Below are positions 1 to 10,121 of a stretch of 64,000 bases of DNA, piece by piece (position 1 is the stretch's first letter; the number at the start of each line of letters is the position of its first letter). The position numbers were made by a program, and so were the translations under genes. The stretch lies in the IMG/VR virus record IMGVR_UViG_3300048925_000129; one strand, given 5' to 3'. Below the pieces are notes generated by a model, which did no database searches, was not told the DNA's origin, and worked only from the letters and a program-made list of their open reading frames with translations. Origin of the DNA: a virus.

Positions 1-4
1 AAAC

Positions 5-31
5 AAAAAATCCCTCACCGAAGCAAGGGAT
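5..31 (-). terminator. Rho-independent terminator after 52..684
   Basis: Minus strand atccct..aggga hairpin followed by T tract. Confidence 0.6.
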
Positions 32-51
32 AATTTTTAAATCAGAAACGA

Positions 52-684
52 TTACTTTGCAGCACCATTAACACTGATAGTACCGATAGCACCAGCTTTT
101 GCTCTTTCGATAGAAGCCTGTCTTTCAGCATTCAACTGTTCAATTAACTGATTGTTTTGTTTCTCTAGGAACTCATTCTTCTCAGTTAGAGAAGCAATTT
201 GAGATTTGCTCTCGATTGTATCAGTCTTGTGATTGGCTTCAGCTAGTTTAGCTGCTGCTTCATACTGAGACTTCAACGTGTTTCCTACGATAGCCGTAGC
301 AGCATCTACCTCTTTCTTAGTGTTTGCTCTAGCAGTCTCTAAGTCACTTTGAAGAGTTTGGAACTCTGCCTTAGAGATAGCTATTTTACCACTTGTAGCC
401 AAGTGATCACTTACCACCTTTTCTGAGTTTTCCTTGAATTGCAATCCAAATTCAACCTCTTTTTGTCTTAACTTTTCAGCATAAATAGTATTTAAATCTT
501 CTATCTCAGAAGTTTTGTTAGCTACTTGAAGAGAAAGCTCTGCTGCTCTGTCTTCTAACCCATCTACATGAGCTATTGCTGCTTTGAACTCGGCTGTTGC
601 TTTTGCTAGTGCATTAGCTGAAGCCCCAATTACTGTTTCTGTTGCTACGTTTGTTTTTCTTGTTGTTGCTTTAGGATTTGCCAT
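52..684 (-). CDS. coiled-coil hypothetical protein
   Basis: 210 aa Ala/Glu/Lys-rich helical ORF. Confidence 0.7.
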   Translation of the reverse strand: MANPKATTRKTNVATETVIGASANALAKATAEFKAAIAHVDGLEDRAAELSLQVANKTSEIEDLNTIYAEKLRQKEVEFGLQFKENSEKVVSDHLATSGKIAISKAEFQTLQSDLETARANTKKEVDAATAIVGNTLKSQYEAAAKLAEANHKTDTIESKSQIASLTEKNEFLEKQNNQLIEQLNAERQASIERAKAGAIGTISVNGAAK

Positions 685-699
685 AATGTAAATTTAAAT

Positions 700-984
700 T
701 TAAGATGTTTTTGTTATTATATATGCTGTGTTTTCTGTTGTTATAACCATGCTTCCCTCTTTTATTAATGGATGGTCAAGCTTAATTGCCCCTTTATAAG
801 ATATACCACGTGGGATGGATTTAACTGATTGTACTTTTGTAGGAATGCCTGTTTCTTTGATTAAGAAGTGAGTACCTTGGGGGAAAGTAACAGTATTTAT
901 TACTTCCCACCCATTTGATAAATACTCATTTAAATCATCAGTTGCACTAGAATCATGGTTATAAACTGTGATTAATTTCTGCAT
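700..984 (-). CDS. hypothetical protein
   Basis: ORF in tightly packed operon. Confidence 0.6.
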   Translation of the reverse strand: MQKLITVYNHDSSATDDLNEYLSNGWEVINTVTFPQGTHFLIKETGIPTKVQSVKSIPRGISYKGAIKLDHPLIKEGSMVITTENTAYIITKTS

Positions 985-985
985 C

Positions 986-1570
986 TTACTTCTTTTTTAA
1001 GTTGTACTTCACGTTGTCTACAATTAGATATTGAATCGTTCTTGTATCAACTTGTCTCAGTCTACTATCATAAGCTCCTGGAGCTGGAAGAGGTTTCTCC
1101 ATATCAACAAAGTTTACTCTACCAAAGTTATCCTGAGCACCATGCCATCTTCCTCTCATCACTCTAGGATCTGTCTTTTCTTTTGTGTCAACTGGTTTTG
1201 AAGCATATTCTTCAATTGCACTTGCACCCTTTGCCATGAAAGCTCTTCCTACTTCTTCAGCCCATGCTGCTCTTTCTGCTTTCAATTGTCTTACACCTTT
1301 GTCTTTTCCTTGTGGGATGAAACACACTGTCAGAACTCTGTAAGGATTAGCTAAGAAAATTTCAGCCAACTCTGTAGCTGTTTTGTCCTCCTCAGATGAA
1401 AAATAATCTCCTGAAACCAAGATATCACTATCAACATAATCTTTACTAAGGGTAATTTCGTTACCCATATCATCATTAACGATGATTCCTCCTTTACCAT
1501 CAGACTTTTCTACTACGTAGTAAGCTGTTTCTGATAAAATGTCTCCTTTTTTAAATGTTTGTTTACTCAT
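986..1570 (-). CDS. hypothetical phage protein
   Basis: 194 aa ORF in operon with vWA gene. Confidence 0.7.
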   Translation of the reverse strand: MSKQTFKKGDILSETAYYVVEKSDGKGGIIVNDDMGNEITLSKDYVDSDILVSGDYFSSEEDKTATELAEIFLANPYRVLTVCFIPQGKDKGVRQLKAERAAWAEEVGRAFMAKGASAIEEYASKPVDTKEKTDPRVMRGRWHGAQDNFGRVNFVDMEKPLPAPGAYDSRLRQVDTRTIQYLIVDNVKYNLKKK

Positions 1571-1580
1571 TGCTGTAATA

Positions 1581-2438
1581 TTACTTTTTGTTAACTGTTT
1601 TGTAGAATCCTCTTGTCACCTCTTTACCTTGAACTACGTTTGAAACGTATGCAAATTTAGAGCCTAGTGTTAATGACATTGCTGTCTCTAAACCTTTTGC
1701 TGTACCATCATACCCCAATGTGTTTGAAGCATGAATGTTAATGTCTTTCTGGATTTCTTTTACATCTTCATGAGTTCCTACAAAAGTGATAGTAAATCCA
1801 TTTTCCTCTAACTCAGAAATCATTTTCTTAATTTTTTCACTCGTGAACACTCTAGAAGAATTTTCTTCTCCGTCTGTGTAGATATTCACTAATACTTTAG
1901 CATCTTTAAAATCAGATGAATTTTTCAAATCAGATAGCATGTTAAGAGTTTTTCCAATAGCATCATAAAGAGCTGTTGCACTCCCCATCTGGAACTGTGG
2001 TATTGATGTTTTTAATGTAAGTTTTTTAACCTTAGCTATATAAATACTTTGAGCATAACTAAAGGTGGTAATTCCATAGAAATAATCCACTGGCTCCTTG
2101 CTTACTTTTAGAGCTTCTAATGATTCTCTAATTCCTGACACAGCTTTACCAATTTTGTCACCAGATCTCATAGATGTACTAACATCTAAAACGTCAACCA
2201 TCACAATCTTTGGCTTCTCCTGTTTTACAACTTTTGTTTTCTTAACTTTGCTAGGTTTCAGTGCCACATCTGTTTTAGCATCAGAAATGGTTTGTGACGG
2301 AGATCCGATCATGCCTTCTAAGAAAGCTTTGTAAAGGTCAGCCGTTGTATACCCAGCTTCCTTAGCTAGTTTTTCTCTTCTTAATAAATTAGCTTTCTTA
2401 AATGAAGCTAATGCTTTTTCAAAAAATTGAATACTCAT
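1581..2438 (-). CDS. vWA domain protein
   Basis: MIDAS DVSTSM, TALYDAIG, TDGEEN motifs. Confidence 0.85.
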   Translation of the reverse strand: MSIQFFEKALASFKKANLLRREKLAKEAGYTTADLYKAFLEGMIGSPSQTISDAKTDVALKPSKVKKTKVVKQEKPKIVMVDVLDVSTSMRSGDKIGKAVSGIRESLEALKVSKEPVDYFYGITTFSYAQSIYIAKVKKLTLKTSIPQFQMGSATALYDAIGKTLNMLSDLKNSSDFKDAKVLVNIYTDGEENSSRVFTSEKIKKMISELEENGFTITFVGTHEDVKEIQKDINIHASNTLGYDGTAKGLETAMSLTLGSKFAYVSNVVQGKEVTRGFYKTVNKK

Positions 2439-2454
2439 TATAAATTGTTACTTT

Positions 2455-3381
2455 TTAAAATTTAATAAAACCTTGGTTTACATTTAGGACGAACATTCCC
2501 AGCTTATGGAAATTTCTTGTCACCCCTATTCTGTCATCCAAAACTCCAACAACGTTGAATCTTGGTAGCAAGTCTCTTAATACTATTTCTTCTTTGACAA
2601 TACTGTCATTTCTTTGGTCTTTGGCTTTTCTCATGTAGATTTCAGAGTCTGTCATCCACAGGTTTTTATCTTTCAACCACTGAGTTGTTGTGTCCTTACA
2701 TGAATCCTGCCTACCTGATACAAACACTATCTTGAAACCATCTTTATGAAGAGCTCTGATAATATGTCCTACCTCTTTGATCTCAGTATCCAAGTGGAGT
2801 TTTGAGTCGTCAAAAATGTCTCTATCTCCTTTCAAAGCAACTGTTCCATCAATGTCTACAATGTAGGTATCTGGAAGAGAAGTATTGAATTTTACTTGTG
2901 GAGCTGTTTGAGGATAGTAAAGCTGCTGTCCATGCATTGATTTCTTAAGCTTCAGATACTCGTTATAGTGCTTCTCAATATAGGTAGGAACTGTAGCCAG
3001 ATTGTTTCTTTTTACAACTCTTTCCTGAGCCTCTTTCAAAGTAACATCACAGAATACTAATTCAATGTCAGCCAAATGGTTGTACTTAAACAAAATCTCA
3101 TCAATGTATTTCTTTTGAAGATGGGTGTTGTCAATTACAATGTTCTTTCCTTTATGTAAAGCATTGTAGATAGTATCTTCAATAGTTTCAGAAACTAAAT
3201 CCTCACATGCTCTGATGTCTTTTCTGTTGTAATAAGTTTGATCTGATTGACTAACTCCAAACAACATTGTTCTGGCATCATCTCTGTTAACTCTGATTGT
3301 ATTTTTGTCTTTTAGTAATGGAGCTGAGAATGTTGTTTTTCCTGCTCCAGATATACCGATTAAAACGGTGATTATACTCAT
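2455..3381 (-). CDS. pseT: polynucleotide 5'-kinase / 3'-phosphatase (T4 PseT-like)
   Basis: P-loop GISGAGKTT, NRDD; HAD DIDGT, SGR, DDR. Confidence 0.93.
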   Translation of the reverse strand: MSIITVLIGISGAGKTTFSAPLLKDKNTIRVNRDDARTMLFGVSQSDQTYYNRKDIRACEDLVSETIEDTIYNALHKGKNIVIDNTHLQKKYIDEILFKYNHLADIELVFCDVTLKEAQERVVKRNNLATVPTYIEKHYNEYLKLKKSMHGQQLYYPQTAPQVKFNTSLPDTYIVDIDGTVALKGDRDIFDDSKLHLDTEIKEVGHIIRALHKDGFKIVFVSGRQDSCKDTTTQWLKDKNLWMTDSEIYMRKAKDQRNDSIVKEEIVLRDLLPRFNVVGVLDDRIGVTRNFHKLGMFVLNVNQGFIKF

Positions 3382-3416
3382 AGGCTTGGTTGTTTTAGTT
3401 GATTAATTATTAGATT

Positions 3417-3475
3417 GCAAAGGTAAGAAAAAGAAATGACATATGCAAATTTAAAATGTTAAAACTTTGTTAAAG
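3417..3475 (-). promoter_or_regulatory. Bacteroidota sigma70-type promoter with upstream TTTAACA pair
   Basis: Minus strand TTTAACA..TTTAACA..TTTGCATAT..TACCTTTGC. Confidence 0.8.
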
Positions 3476-3478
3476 TTA

Positions 3479-3976
3479 TTAGGCTAATCTTAATTTACTA
3501 AGAAAATCTCTTAGGAAAACATTCTTTTTACCTCCTAATCTTTCAATATAGTGCTCTTCAGTCTCAGGAGTACGATAAACTGTTAAAACCATATCTCCGT
3601 TTACAAGGGGACCCCCAAAATCTCGGTCAGGGTACTTTTCTTTATCCCAAACTCTCTCATCTACTAGGAAGTTTACTGAGGTAAGTTGATCTCCTAAATC
3701 TGGTTCGTGAAACTTAGCATAGTCAATATTATTTACAATAAGCTCGTCCAGATACTGATTTAAGGTTCCCTTACTGTCTCCTTGATACCCCATGTTTGTT
3801 GTGCCACCATTTAAAATAATGAAAGTTTTATCATTATTAGCCCAGTATTGAGTCTCAGGTTTGTTCATGTGCTTCATCATGTACTCAACTACTCCATGAC
3901 CATGTTGAATTCCTTTCTGGATATCTGAAATGTTATACGGAACTAAACCGTACATTCTGTATCGTAATCTATTCAT
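3479..3976 (-). CDS. Pth2-like peptidyl-tRNA hydrolase family protein
   Basis: GIQHGH, IILNGG, FHEPDLGDQLTSV pattern. Confidence 0.6.
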   Translation of the reverse strand: MNRLRYRMYGLVPYNISDIQKGIQHGHGVVEYMMKHMNKPETQYWANNDKTFIILNGGTTNMGYQGDSKGTLNQYLDELIVNNIDYAKFHEPDLGDQLTSVNFLVDERVWDKEKYPDRDFGGPLVNGDMVLTVYRTPETEEHYIERLGGKKNVFLRDFLSKLRLA

Positions 3977-4175
3977 TATCTAAATGTTTTCTTTGAATTA
4001 TTCCTCTTTGTCCTGTTTGAGGATTATAGTAAGCTCCTATACTGTCCCCATCACCTTTTGCTGGATCATATCCAATGATGTATTTGCTTTCAGTTTTGAA
4101 CTTTAATCTGTGCTGATGAAAGAGTGGAAATCCTAGGACATCCACTCCTATACAAAATGTGATTATCTTTATCAT
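3969..4175 (-). CDS. hypothetical protein
   Basis: ORF overlapping neighbours in operon. Confidence 0.5.
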   Translation of the reverse strand: MIKIITFCIGVDVLGFPLFHQHRLKFKTESKYIIGYDPAKGDGDSIGAYYNPQTGQRGIIQRKHLDNE

Positions 4176-4468
4176 TCTCTCGGTCTACTCCAACCTTTTT
4201 TACCTGTTGTTTGAATTGTATCTGTAGTTTTCACATAGAAAGGAATCCAAGTTCTTTCCTTTTTGACCAACATCTGCTCCTCAGTGTAATACTCTTTGTT
4301 GATGTCAATGTCTTTATTGTTTCGGATTAGCTTTTCCTGAGGAACAACCTCTCTGACAATCTCCATTGTTTCATAACTTGAAGGAGTTAATCTAAACCAG
4401 ATCAAAATTGGTATTAAAATTAAAGCAGATAGGATTATTTTGAGGAGTATATTACGTCTGTATTCCAC
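4172..4468 (-). CDS. membrane-anchored hypothetical protein
   Basis: N-terminal hydrophobic helix. Confidence 0.55.
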   Translation of the reverse strand: MEYRRNILLKIILSALILIPILIWFRLTPSSYETMEIVREVVPQEKLIRNNKDIDINKEYYTEEQMLVKKERTWIPFYVKTTDTIQTTGKKGWSRPRE

Positions 4469-5217
4469 GGCTCGTCATTTTTTAGGTTAGAAATATTGGT
4501 GAATGAAAATAGTGTAATTGCTACTAATAAAATAAAGGTAGTTATTCCTATAAAAGGACCAATTCCAGTAATCAGTGCTACTAAAAATAAAAGTGTTGCA
4601 GCAAGGAATATAACAGATCTAGCTCTGTTGGATGCAAAATCCCTGTTATGTCTATCTCCTAAGAACCATAGTTTTCTAGTTTCTTGGAAATCATTACCCC
4701 AGTTGTGAACTTGAGAGAAAACATCTTCTAATTGAGCTTTATTTTCATAACTATTTCTCTTATCTGTTCTATAGAATAAGATAGGATCTCTATCCAGATA
4801 AAACTGTTTAGTTTCAAACATTTCAACTGGAGCCAAGATGAACATCTCTCTATCAGAGATGGGCAGCTTATTTTTATCACAAAAATCTTTGATGTAATCA
4901 GCCGTATCAGCAGGAACTGTTCCTTTGTAATAGGAAGTCGGCAGCATTCTCAGATTATACATATTACAAAGTTCTTTAATTTGAGCTCCTGTATAAGAAT
5001 CTACTTTGTACCTCTCTTCCACAGCTTTAGTTCTTTTGTAGTCCTCTGTAAGTCTAGGCTCAATAGGATTACTGGAAAGACCAGCCTGTTTCAGGATTTT
5101 CTCTGACTCATTATCATACCCGATAAGTAAAGTCTTCACCTGATCTACAACACTCTCAATAGGAGCATTCTCTCTTTGTTTTACTTTTTGTAGTTCTGAT
5201 TTTAATTTTGCACTCAT
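4435..5217 (-). CDS. hypothetical protein with two C-terminal TM helices
   Basis: 260 aa ORF. Confidence 0.7.
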   Translation of the reverse strand: MSAKLKSELQKVKQRENAPIESVVDQVKTLLIGYDNESEKILKQAGLSSNPIEPRLTEDYKRTKAVEERYKVDSYTGAQIKELCNMYNLRMLPTSYYKGTVPADTADYIKDFCDKNKLPISDREMFILAPVEMFETKQFYLDRDPILFYRTDKRNSYENKAQLEDVFSQVHNWGNDFQETRKLWFLGDRHNRDFASNRARSVIFLAATLLFLVALITGIGPFIGITTFILLVAITLFSFTNISNLKNDEPWNTDVIYSSK

Positions 5218-5221
5218 TGCA

Positions 5222-5515
5222 CTAAATTTTACCGTTTTTAAGGATTAAAATGTTTCCGTCTCGAACCCATTTGAGTTCATATTTACCTGTGACTATAACA
5301 TAATCATTTGTTGTCCAGTCTCCTTCTCCATGACCACCTCTGGAAGTATGACTTCCTGCTGCTCTGAATATTCCTGTAACATCCTGACTTTTGTTATAAA
5401 CCAGTTTACCTTCCAAATCTTTTGGGGAGTAGTCTGTTCTACCGTTTGTTTGTCTCACGGTAGGAATTAGTTTGTCTCCCCAAGTTGTTTCAATTTTAAA
5501 ACTTTGTTCCTGCAT
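5222..5515 (-). CDS. hypothetical protein
   Basis: ORF in operon. Confidence 0.55.
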   Translation of the reverse strand: MQEQSFKIETTWGDKLIPTVRQTNGRTDYSPKDLEGKLVYNKSQDVTGIFRAAGSHTSRGGHGEGDWTTNDYVIVTGKYELKWVRDGNILILKNGKI

Positions 5516-6638
5516 GTACTGTGTCTAATCTAAATTGTAATAAAAGATCTTTCATTCTGTCTATACTAACTTCCTCTGGAAGATCTACTGTAATGTAGTT
5601 TCCTTTGATAATATGAAACCTGTGTTCTGCTTGTTTCATCAAATCATCATAGTTGTACTCTCCTGCTCTAATAGCTCGAAGAAACTCTACGTTATCTGAT
5701 TTCACTTTAAGACCTTTTCCTGTGGAAATGTTGTCAGCCATATCTAAAAGTCTGAAGAGGTGAGACATGTTTTTCAGATCGACACCCTGTCCTGCCTTTT
5801 GATTAGCATTAAATCTCTCCTCATTTCTCTCAGCTTCCCACTCCCAATACTCCTTGTGATCCTTACAATGAACTTGGAAACCATCTAAGTTGTAATACAT
5901 AGTGATTGCCTCGAAATTTGCTGCCAATTCTTTTGGAATAGAAGATAATCTCAGATTGACTGAATTCTCATCTTTAATCAATCCTCTGAACTGGTACTTG
6001 TTTTCGTTGTCAACATATAGACCATGAAGCCCTTTACCTACTGGAAGATCAACCAATCCACATGTATCCAAATTGATGTTCAACTGGTTTGCCCATGTTT
6101 TAAGTGGAATTGAATTATGACCTGAAATAATGTAACAGAAGTCTAAGATTGACTTTCTCTCCTTTGGTTGAGGATTATTCATTTTCTTGTTTAATCCTGT
6201 GGCTTTCTTGATCTGAGAGTCTGCATAACCTAAGATGGTTTTTTCAGTAAGTGTTGTGATCCAAGGTTTTGGGTCATCAAACACATGCATAGAAGGATCT
6301 TTATAGATGATACAGTTTTCTGGAATATCCAAAGCCTCAATCATGTTAGGATTATTCTTTGCCAGGAGTTCCATGAAATTCTGGATCTCAAACCCAACTA
6401 CATCATCTCCACCAATCTTCATATCCTTCTTGTAGTTATTCTTTAAGATCTCGTTAACTGGCTGCTTGTACACAAAGGTGATATCCACATCTGATTGTGG
6501 AGTGTTTGTTCCGTACATATGGCTACCTCTTACGAATGCCAATAGAATTTTAATGTTTCTGGACTTCTCAATCTGAGGAATAAGCTCTCTGAAGTTTTCT
6601 TTCTCTGTTTCAAAATCCTGTGCTTTTAAGTGTGCCAT
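5496..6638 (-). CDS. DNA Pol-beta superfamily nucleotidyltransferase (NrdC.11/YcgL/RlaP-like)
   Basis: RGSHMYGTNTPQSDVD, NPN, KNMSHLFRLL, AIRAG motifs. Confidence 0.85.
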   Translation of the reverse strand: MAHLKAQDFETEKENFRELIPQIEKSRNIKILLAFVRGSHMYGTNTPQSDVDITFVYKQPVNEILKNNYKKDMKIGGDDVVGFEIQNFMELLAKNNPNMIEALDIPENCIIYKDPSMHVFDDPKPWITTLTEKTILGYADSQIKKATGLNKKMNNPQPKERKSILDFCYIISGHNSIPLKTWANQLNINLDTCGLVDLPVGKGLHGLYVDNENKYQFRGLIKDENSVNLRLSSIPKELAANFEAITMYYNLDGFQVHCKDHKEYWEWEAERNEERFNANQKAGQGVDLKNMSHLFRLLDMADNISTGKGLKVKSDNVEFLRAIRAGEYNYDDLMKQAEHRFHIIKGNYITVDLPEEVSIDRMKDLLLQFRLDTVHAGTKF

Positions 6639-7147
6639 GTTTGTATAAATTCTTTTTTGTTATATTCTGTAATACTATTTAATCCTACATTATAGCATCG
6701 GACTAACCTTTTGTAGTTGTAGCTCTTTAAGTCGTAGAAGAAACCTTTAAGAGCCTCAGTAAACCATCGGTTAGACTCTTCAATGTCTCCATCATCATGT
6801 TCTACGTCTAGGAAGTGAGCCTCCTCCCATTCTGAAATAAACATTCCAGTTGAAAATGGGGTTTTGAGATCATACTTCTCAACGAATTCTGAAGCATAGC
6901 ACCAAATACAAATACAGATCTTCTTTCTCAACTCATCAACAAATGAAGCATCTACTACATGTCTACCGAAACCGTATAATCCTTTTGCATCTCCGTGACC
7001 CATCATTATAATGACATCATGTTGCCTAATTAAACTTTTTAACAAGGAATCTCCAATTTCAGTTCTAATTACTGTGAAGTCCTTTGTGTAAGTAGGACAT
7101 AAGAAATCTGTTGTGCTATCCTGTGGATGAATTACTAGTACTTTCAT
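6626..7147 (-). CDS. hypothetical protein, possible caspase-hemoglobinase-like fold
   Basis: MMGHG ... IWC motif. Confidence 0.55.
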   Translation of the reverse strand: MKVLVIHPQDSTTDFLCPTYTKDFTVIRTEIGDSLLKSLIRQHDVIIMMGHGDAKGLYGFGRHVVDASFVDELRKKICICIWCYASEFVEKYDLKTPFSTGMFISEWEEAHFLDVEHDDGDIEESNRWFTEALKGFFYDLKSYNYKRLVRCYNVGLNSITEYNKKEFIQTWHT

Positions 7148-7382
7148 TTTGTTTAGTTAATGTTTTTGATTTTATAGGGGTCTTCTTTGCTATAGTTTGC
7201 TCACACTGAATAATAGCCCATTCATACTTACTCTCCTCCATGTTGTCAACAACTGTATTGATATCTAACTCTAAGTTTTTGTGAGAATACATTCTCTTAA
7301 ATATCATTTGTTCTGCTTCTGTACACTGAGCTAAAAGCTCTTTTAACATATCAGTGTATGCCTGTTTAATTTTTGGATTCAT
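7116..7382 (-). CDS. hypothetical protein
   Basis: ORF in operon. Confidence 0.6.
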   Translation of the reverse strand: MNPKIKQAYTDMLKELLAQCTEAEQMIFKRMYSHKNLELDINTVVDNMEESKYEWAIIQCEQTIAKKTPIKSKTLTKQNESTSNSSTG

Positions 7383-7668
7383 GTATAGTATTTTTACATT
7401 CCACTACTTTAGCCTTATCTACAACACACAAATCATAAGTAATATCTTGCACAGTTTTAGTTGCTTGATACCTGATCTCTAAATCTGTTTGAATGGCAGC
7501 TTTTGCTTTATCATAGCTATGATATATTGAATAAGGGTTATCATCATATTGAACCCATATAGGGATCAACCATAGGAATTTAATAAGTTTTTCTGCATAG
7601 AAAACTGAATGTGTATATTCCCCACTCTTATTAAAATGCTGCTCTTCTCTAATTCTTATCTTTCTCAT
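7366..7668 (-). CDS. hypothetical protein
   Basis: ORF in operon. Confidence 0.55.
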   Translation of the reverse strand: MRKIRIREEQHFNKSGEYTHSVFYAEKLIKFLWLIPIWVQYDDNPYSIYHSYDKAKAAIQTDLEIRYQATKTVQDITYDLCVVDKAKVVECKNTIHESKN

Positions 7669-7955
7669 GTGTTCAACTCTATTCTTATTAAAGACCCAGG
7701 ATGAGTAGATCCTTTAGGGGATTCATATTGATATGTCGGATACCCTGATATTGACTCATCTGTGATAAGAAGAATGTTTCCTCTATCTAAAGCATTTCTC
7801 CAATTTGTAGCAACTCCCATGAAGTTATTGTCTAACTGAGGAAATTCTGCCAGTAAGAGTTCTAGGTCTTGCTCATTCTCTACCACGTATCTTTCAGTGA
7901 TGAAAGTTTGGGCTGGGTTGGTAAACTGTGCTATTTTTAAATTTGATCTTTCCAT
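7665..7955 (-). CDS. hypothetical protein
   Basis: ORF in operon. Confidence 0.55.
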   Translation of the reverse strand: MERSNLKIAQFTNPAQTFITERYVVENEQDLELLLAEFPQLDNNFMGVATNWRNALDRGNILLITDESISGYPTYQYESPKGSTHPGSLIRIELNT

Positions 7956-8254
7956 TCTATTTCTTTTTGATTGTTAAAATAAGCTTCATTGACATCCTCT
8001 ATGTTTCTTTTTAGCTGTTCCCACATAACCTCCTTTGCTTTCTCATAATCTACTTCCCAGTGTCCATGTAGGTTTACATCTGAGCCTAAATAAAACCCAA
8101 TAGAAGTTGTGTAATTATTTCTATCAATTAAATAGAAATAAGTTTCTGGATGCTTGGTAGAAAAACTTAATGTTTCATACGATTCAATTCTACCTCTTCT
8201 GATTCTGTACACATTTGTTCCTAAAGGAAGTTGTGATATTTCGTGTAAAGTCAT
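7937..8254 (-). CDS. hypothetical protein
   Basis: Start moved to ATG 8254 because a promoter occupies 8275-8332. Confidence 0.6.
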   Translation of the reverse strand: MTLHEISQLPLGTNVYRIRRGRIESYETLSFSTKHPETYFYLIDRNNYTTSIGFYLGSDVNLHGHWEVDYEKAKEVMWEQLKRNIEDVNEAYFNNQKEIEWKDQI

Positions 8255-8328
8255 AGTTTCATGTTTTTGATGTTGCAAATATAAATAAAAAAAATGAGAC
8301 TCACAAGAGTCTCACTGTTAAAATTTTG

Positions 8329-8526
8329 TTAATGTTTATCATTGTACGTCCTAAATATTCCATACAAAGCTTTCACAACTAAAATAATAGGGGCTAGTAT
8401 CATATAAAATAGAAACTTTCCTATTTCATTGGTATCACCATCAGAGCCTCTCCATTCTTCCTTATCTTGAACCATAGAAAATGCTCCATATACAACCCAT
8501 AAGGCTGCAATTAAAATGTAAATCAT
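8329..8526 (-). CDS. small membrane protein
   Basis: Two hydrophobic segments. Confidence 0.55.
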   Translation of the reverse strand: MIYILIAALWVVYGAFSMVQDKEEWRGSDGDTNEIGKFLFYMILAPIILVVKALYGIFRTYNDKH

Positions 8527-8536
8527 AATGTTTAGT

Positions 8537-9199
8537 TTAAAAATTATCTTCCCAATACCCTAAGGTACAAGTGAATTTATCTACAGAGTGATAACTGGAA
8601 CCTCCTGGGTGTCCTACTCTCTCAGAACTTAAGAAAGGACATTCTTTACAAGTATCTTCATCTCCGTCTTCTTCAGGACAGTAGTCTGGTCTTTCATCAA
8701 CTTTTCTCCTTTTGGTTACATCCTTTCTTAAACTGGGTAACTCTTTTAGTTTAATCCAACCGTAGCTCAAAAGTGTTGGAACATCCAGACCCATCCAACT
8801 TACTGCAAAACCATAATATCTTAACCAGTCTATATACTCATAAGAAGTCCTCTCTGCATCAATAGTTACTGAACTGTAAGAAAACCCTTCGTCATCTTCA
8901 GGAGTCTCGTTGTCTGGATATCTAAACTCAATAATGAAGCATTTTTCAGGAACTACAATTATGTTAATGACTTCACTTTTTGAATTGAAGCTAAAGAAAG
9001 TCTCCAAAAATTTCTGACCCTCTTTTAAAGTCATTTGATTTATTGGTCTAACTAAAATAGAACAAGTATGTAATAAGGGATTTTCAGAATCAAATAAATG
9101 ATCATGAATAAGACCACTTGGATTTCCATTACATAGATAAATATCTTGTCCATAATATTGAGCAAAGAATTTAGTCTTATTTTCTATAGTGTTTTCCAT
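8537..9199 (-). CDS. hypothetical protein with C-terminal Cys cluster
   Basis: ATG 9199 coupled to the upstream stop. Confidence 0.6.
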   Translation of the reverse strand: MENTIENKTKFFAQYYGQDIYLCNGNPSGLIHDHLFDSENPLLHTCSILVRPINQMTLKEGQKFLETFFSFNSKSEVINIIVVPEKCFIIEFRYPDNETPEDDEGFSYSSVTIDAERTSYEYIDWLRYYGFAVSWMGLDVPTLLSYGWIKLKELPSLRKDVTKRRKVDERPDYCPEEDGDEDTCKECPFLSSERVGHPGGSSYHSVDKFTCTLGYWEDNF

Positions 9200-9900
9200 T
9201 ATTTTGCTATTAAAACTCCTCCTATAATCCCCAAAGCTAAAGCTACTGCCACAGGCATCACCCAAGTGTATTTTTTATTCTGGATGGTTACCTGATAAGT
9301 TTTAAGCTCAGGGGTGGTAGAGTACGGGTTTTTATTATTTACTAAACTAAATGGTGTACCTTTACCTAGTCCTAAGAATCCTGTGTTTTCAAATCCTACT
9401 ACTACAGTGTACTCATCTTTAGTGTGTATATTGATGGTAGTAGAGTCAGGGGTAGCTACTGTATTACCAAATACCCATCCTTCTTTGTTAAACTCACTCC
9501 TATAGATTAACTTTTTAGCCTGTTCTACAGTATAAACTGTATCAACTTTGGTTGGAACAGTAGTAGATACTTTAGTTTCACTTGTAAAGTTGGTAACGTT
9601 ACCTCCTTTTTTGAGTTGTTTTTCGTATTTTTTTACTTCAGCTTGGAGTTTTTGGATAGTCTCATCCTGATTTTTCAGTTTGATGAAATCTTTTGGGTCT
9701 TGAGTAGTAACTACTGATGTTTTAGTATTACTTAATCCCTGCTTATCCTTCCAAATTTTCACTGTATCATTCAAACTATTGATAAGTCCTGACTGTTCAG
9801 CAACTTTATCAGACTCTCTACATGTTCTCAAGGTAAGAAGAGCACTACAAAGTAGCAGTGCTCCAATCACAATTAAGAAAATTCTTGTTTTCTTATCCAT
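9199..9900 (-). CDS. membrane protein, possibly spanin-like
   Basis: N-terminal hydrophobic segment with Cys, coiled coil, C-terminal TM. Confidence 0.5.
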   Translation of the reverse strand: MDKKTRIFLIVIGALLLCSALLTLRTCRESDKVAEQSGLINSLNDTVKIWKDKQGLSNTKTSVVTTQDPKDFIKLKNQDETIQKLQAEVKKYEKQLKKGGNVTNFTSETKVSTTVPTKVDTVYTVEQAKKLIYRSEFNKEGWVFGNTVATPDSTTINIHTKDEYTVVVGFENTGFLGLGKGTPFSLVNNKNPYSTTPELKTYQVTIQNKKYTWVMPVAVALALGIIGGVLIAK

Positions 9901-10121
9901 TAGCTAGAAGATTTAGTTGAGCTGGAGCTGCTTTTAAACAGAATTCCACTCAAGAAGTTAATCCCGACTGCTTGCCAGAATGTGATTTTGGTTAATCCGA
10001 AGATTACTGGCATCAACCAATTCCATAACAGCATGGTTGGGAATGCTAATAGTAAAGCAAAGAATGCTACAATAACTAGTACTAATAAACCTAGTACAAT
10101 GGTTTCAAAAATTTTGTCCAT
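9900..10121 (-). CDS. small membrane protein
   Basis: LLWNWLMP..FGL..ITFWQA hydrophobic pattern. Confidence 0.7.
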   Translation of the reverse strand: MDKIFETIVLGLLVLVIVAFFALLLAFPTMLLWNWLMPVIFGLTKITFWQAVGINFLSGILFKSSSSSTKSSS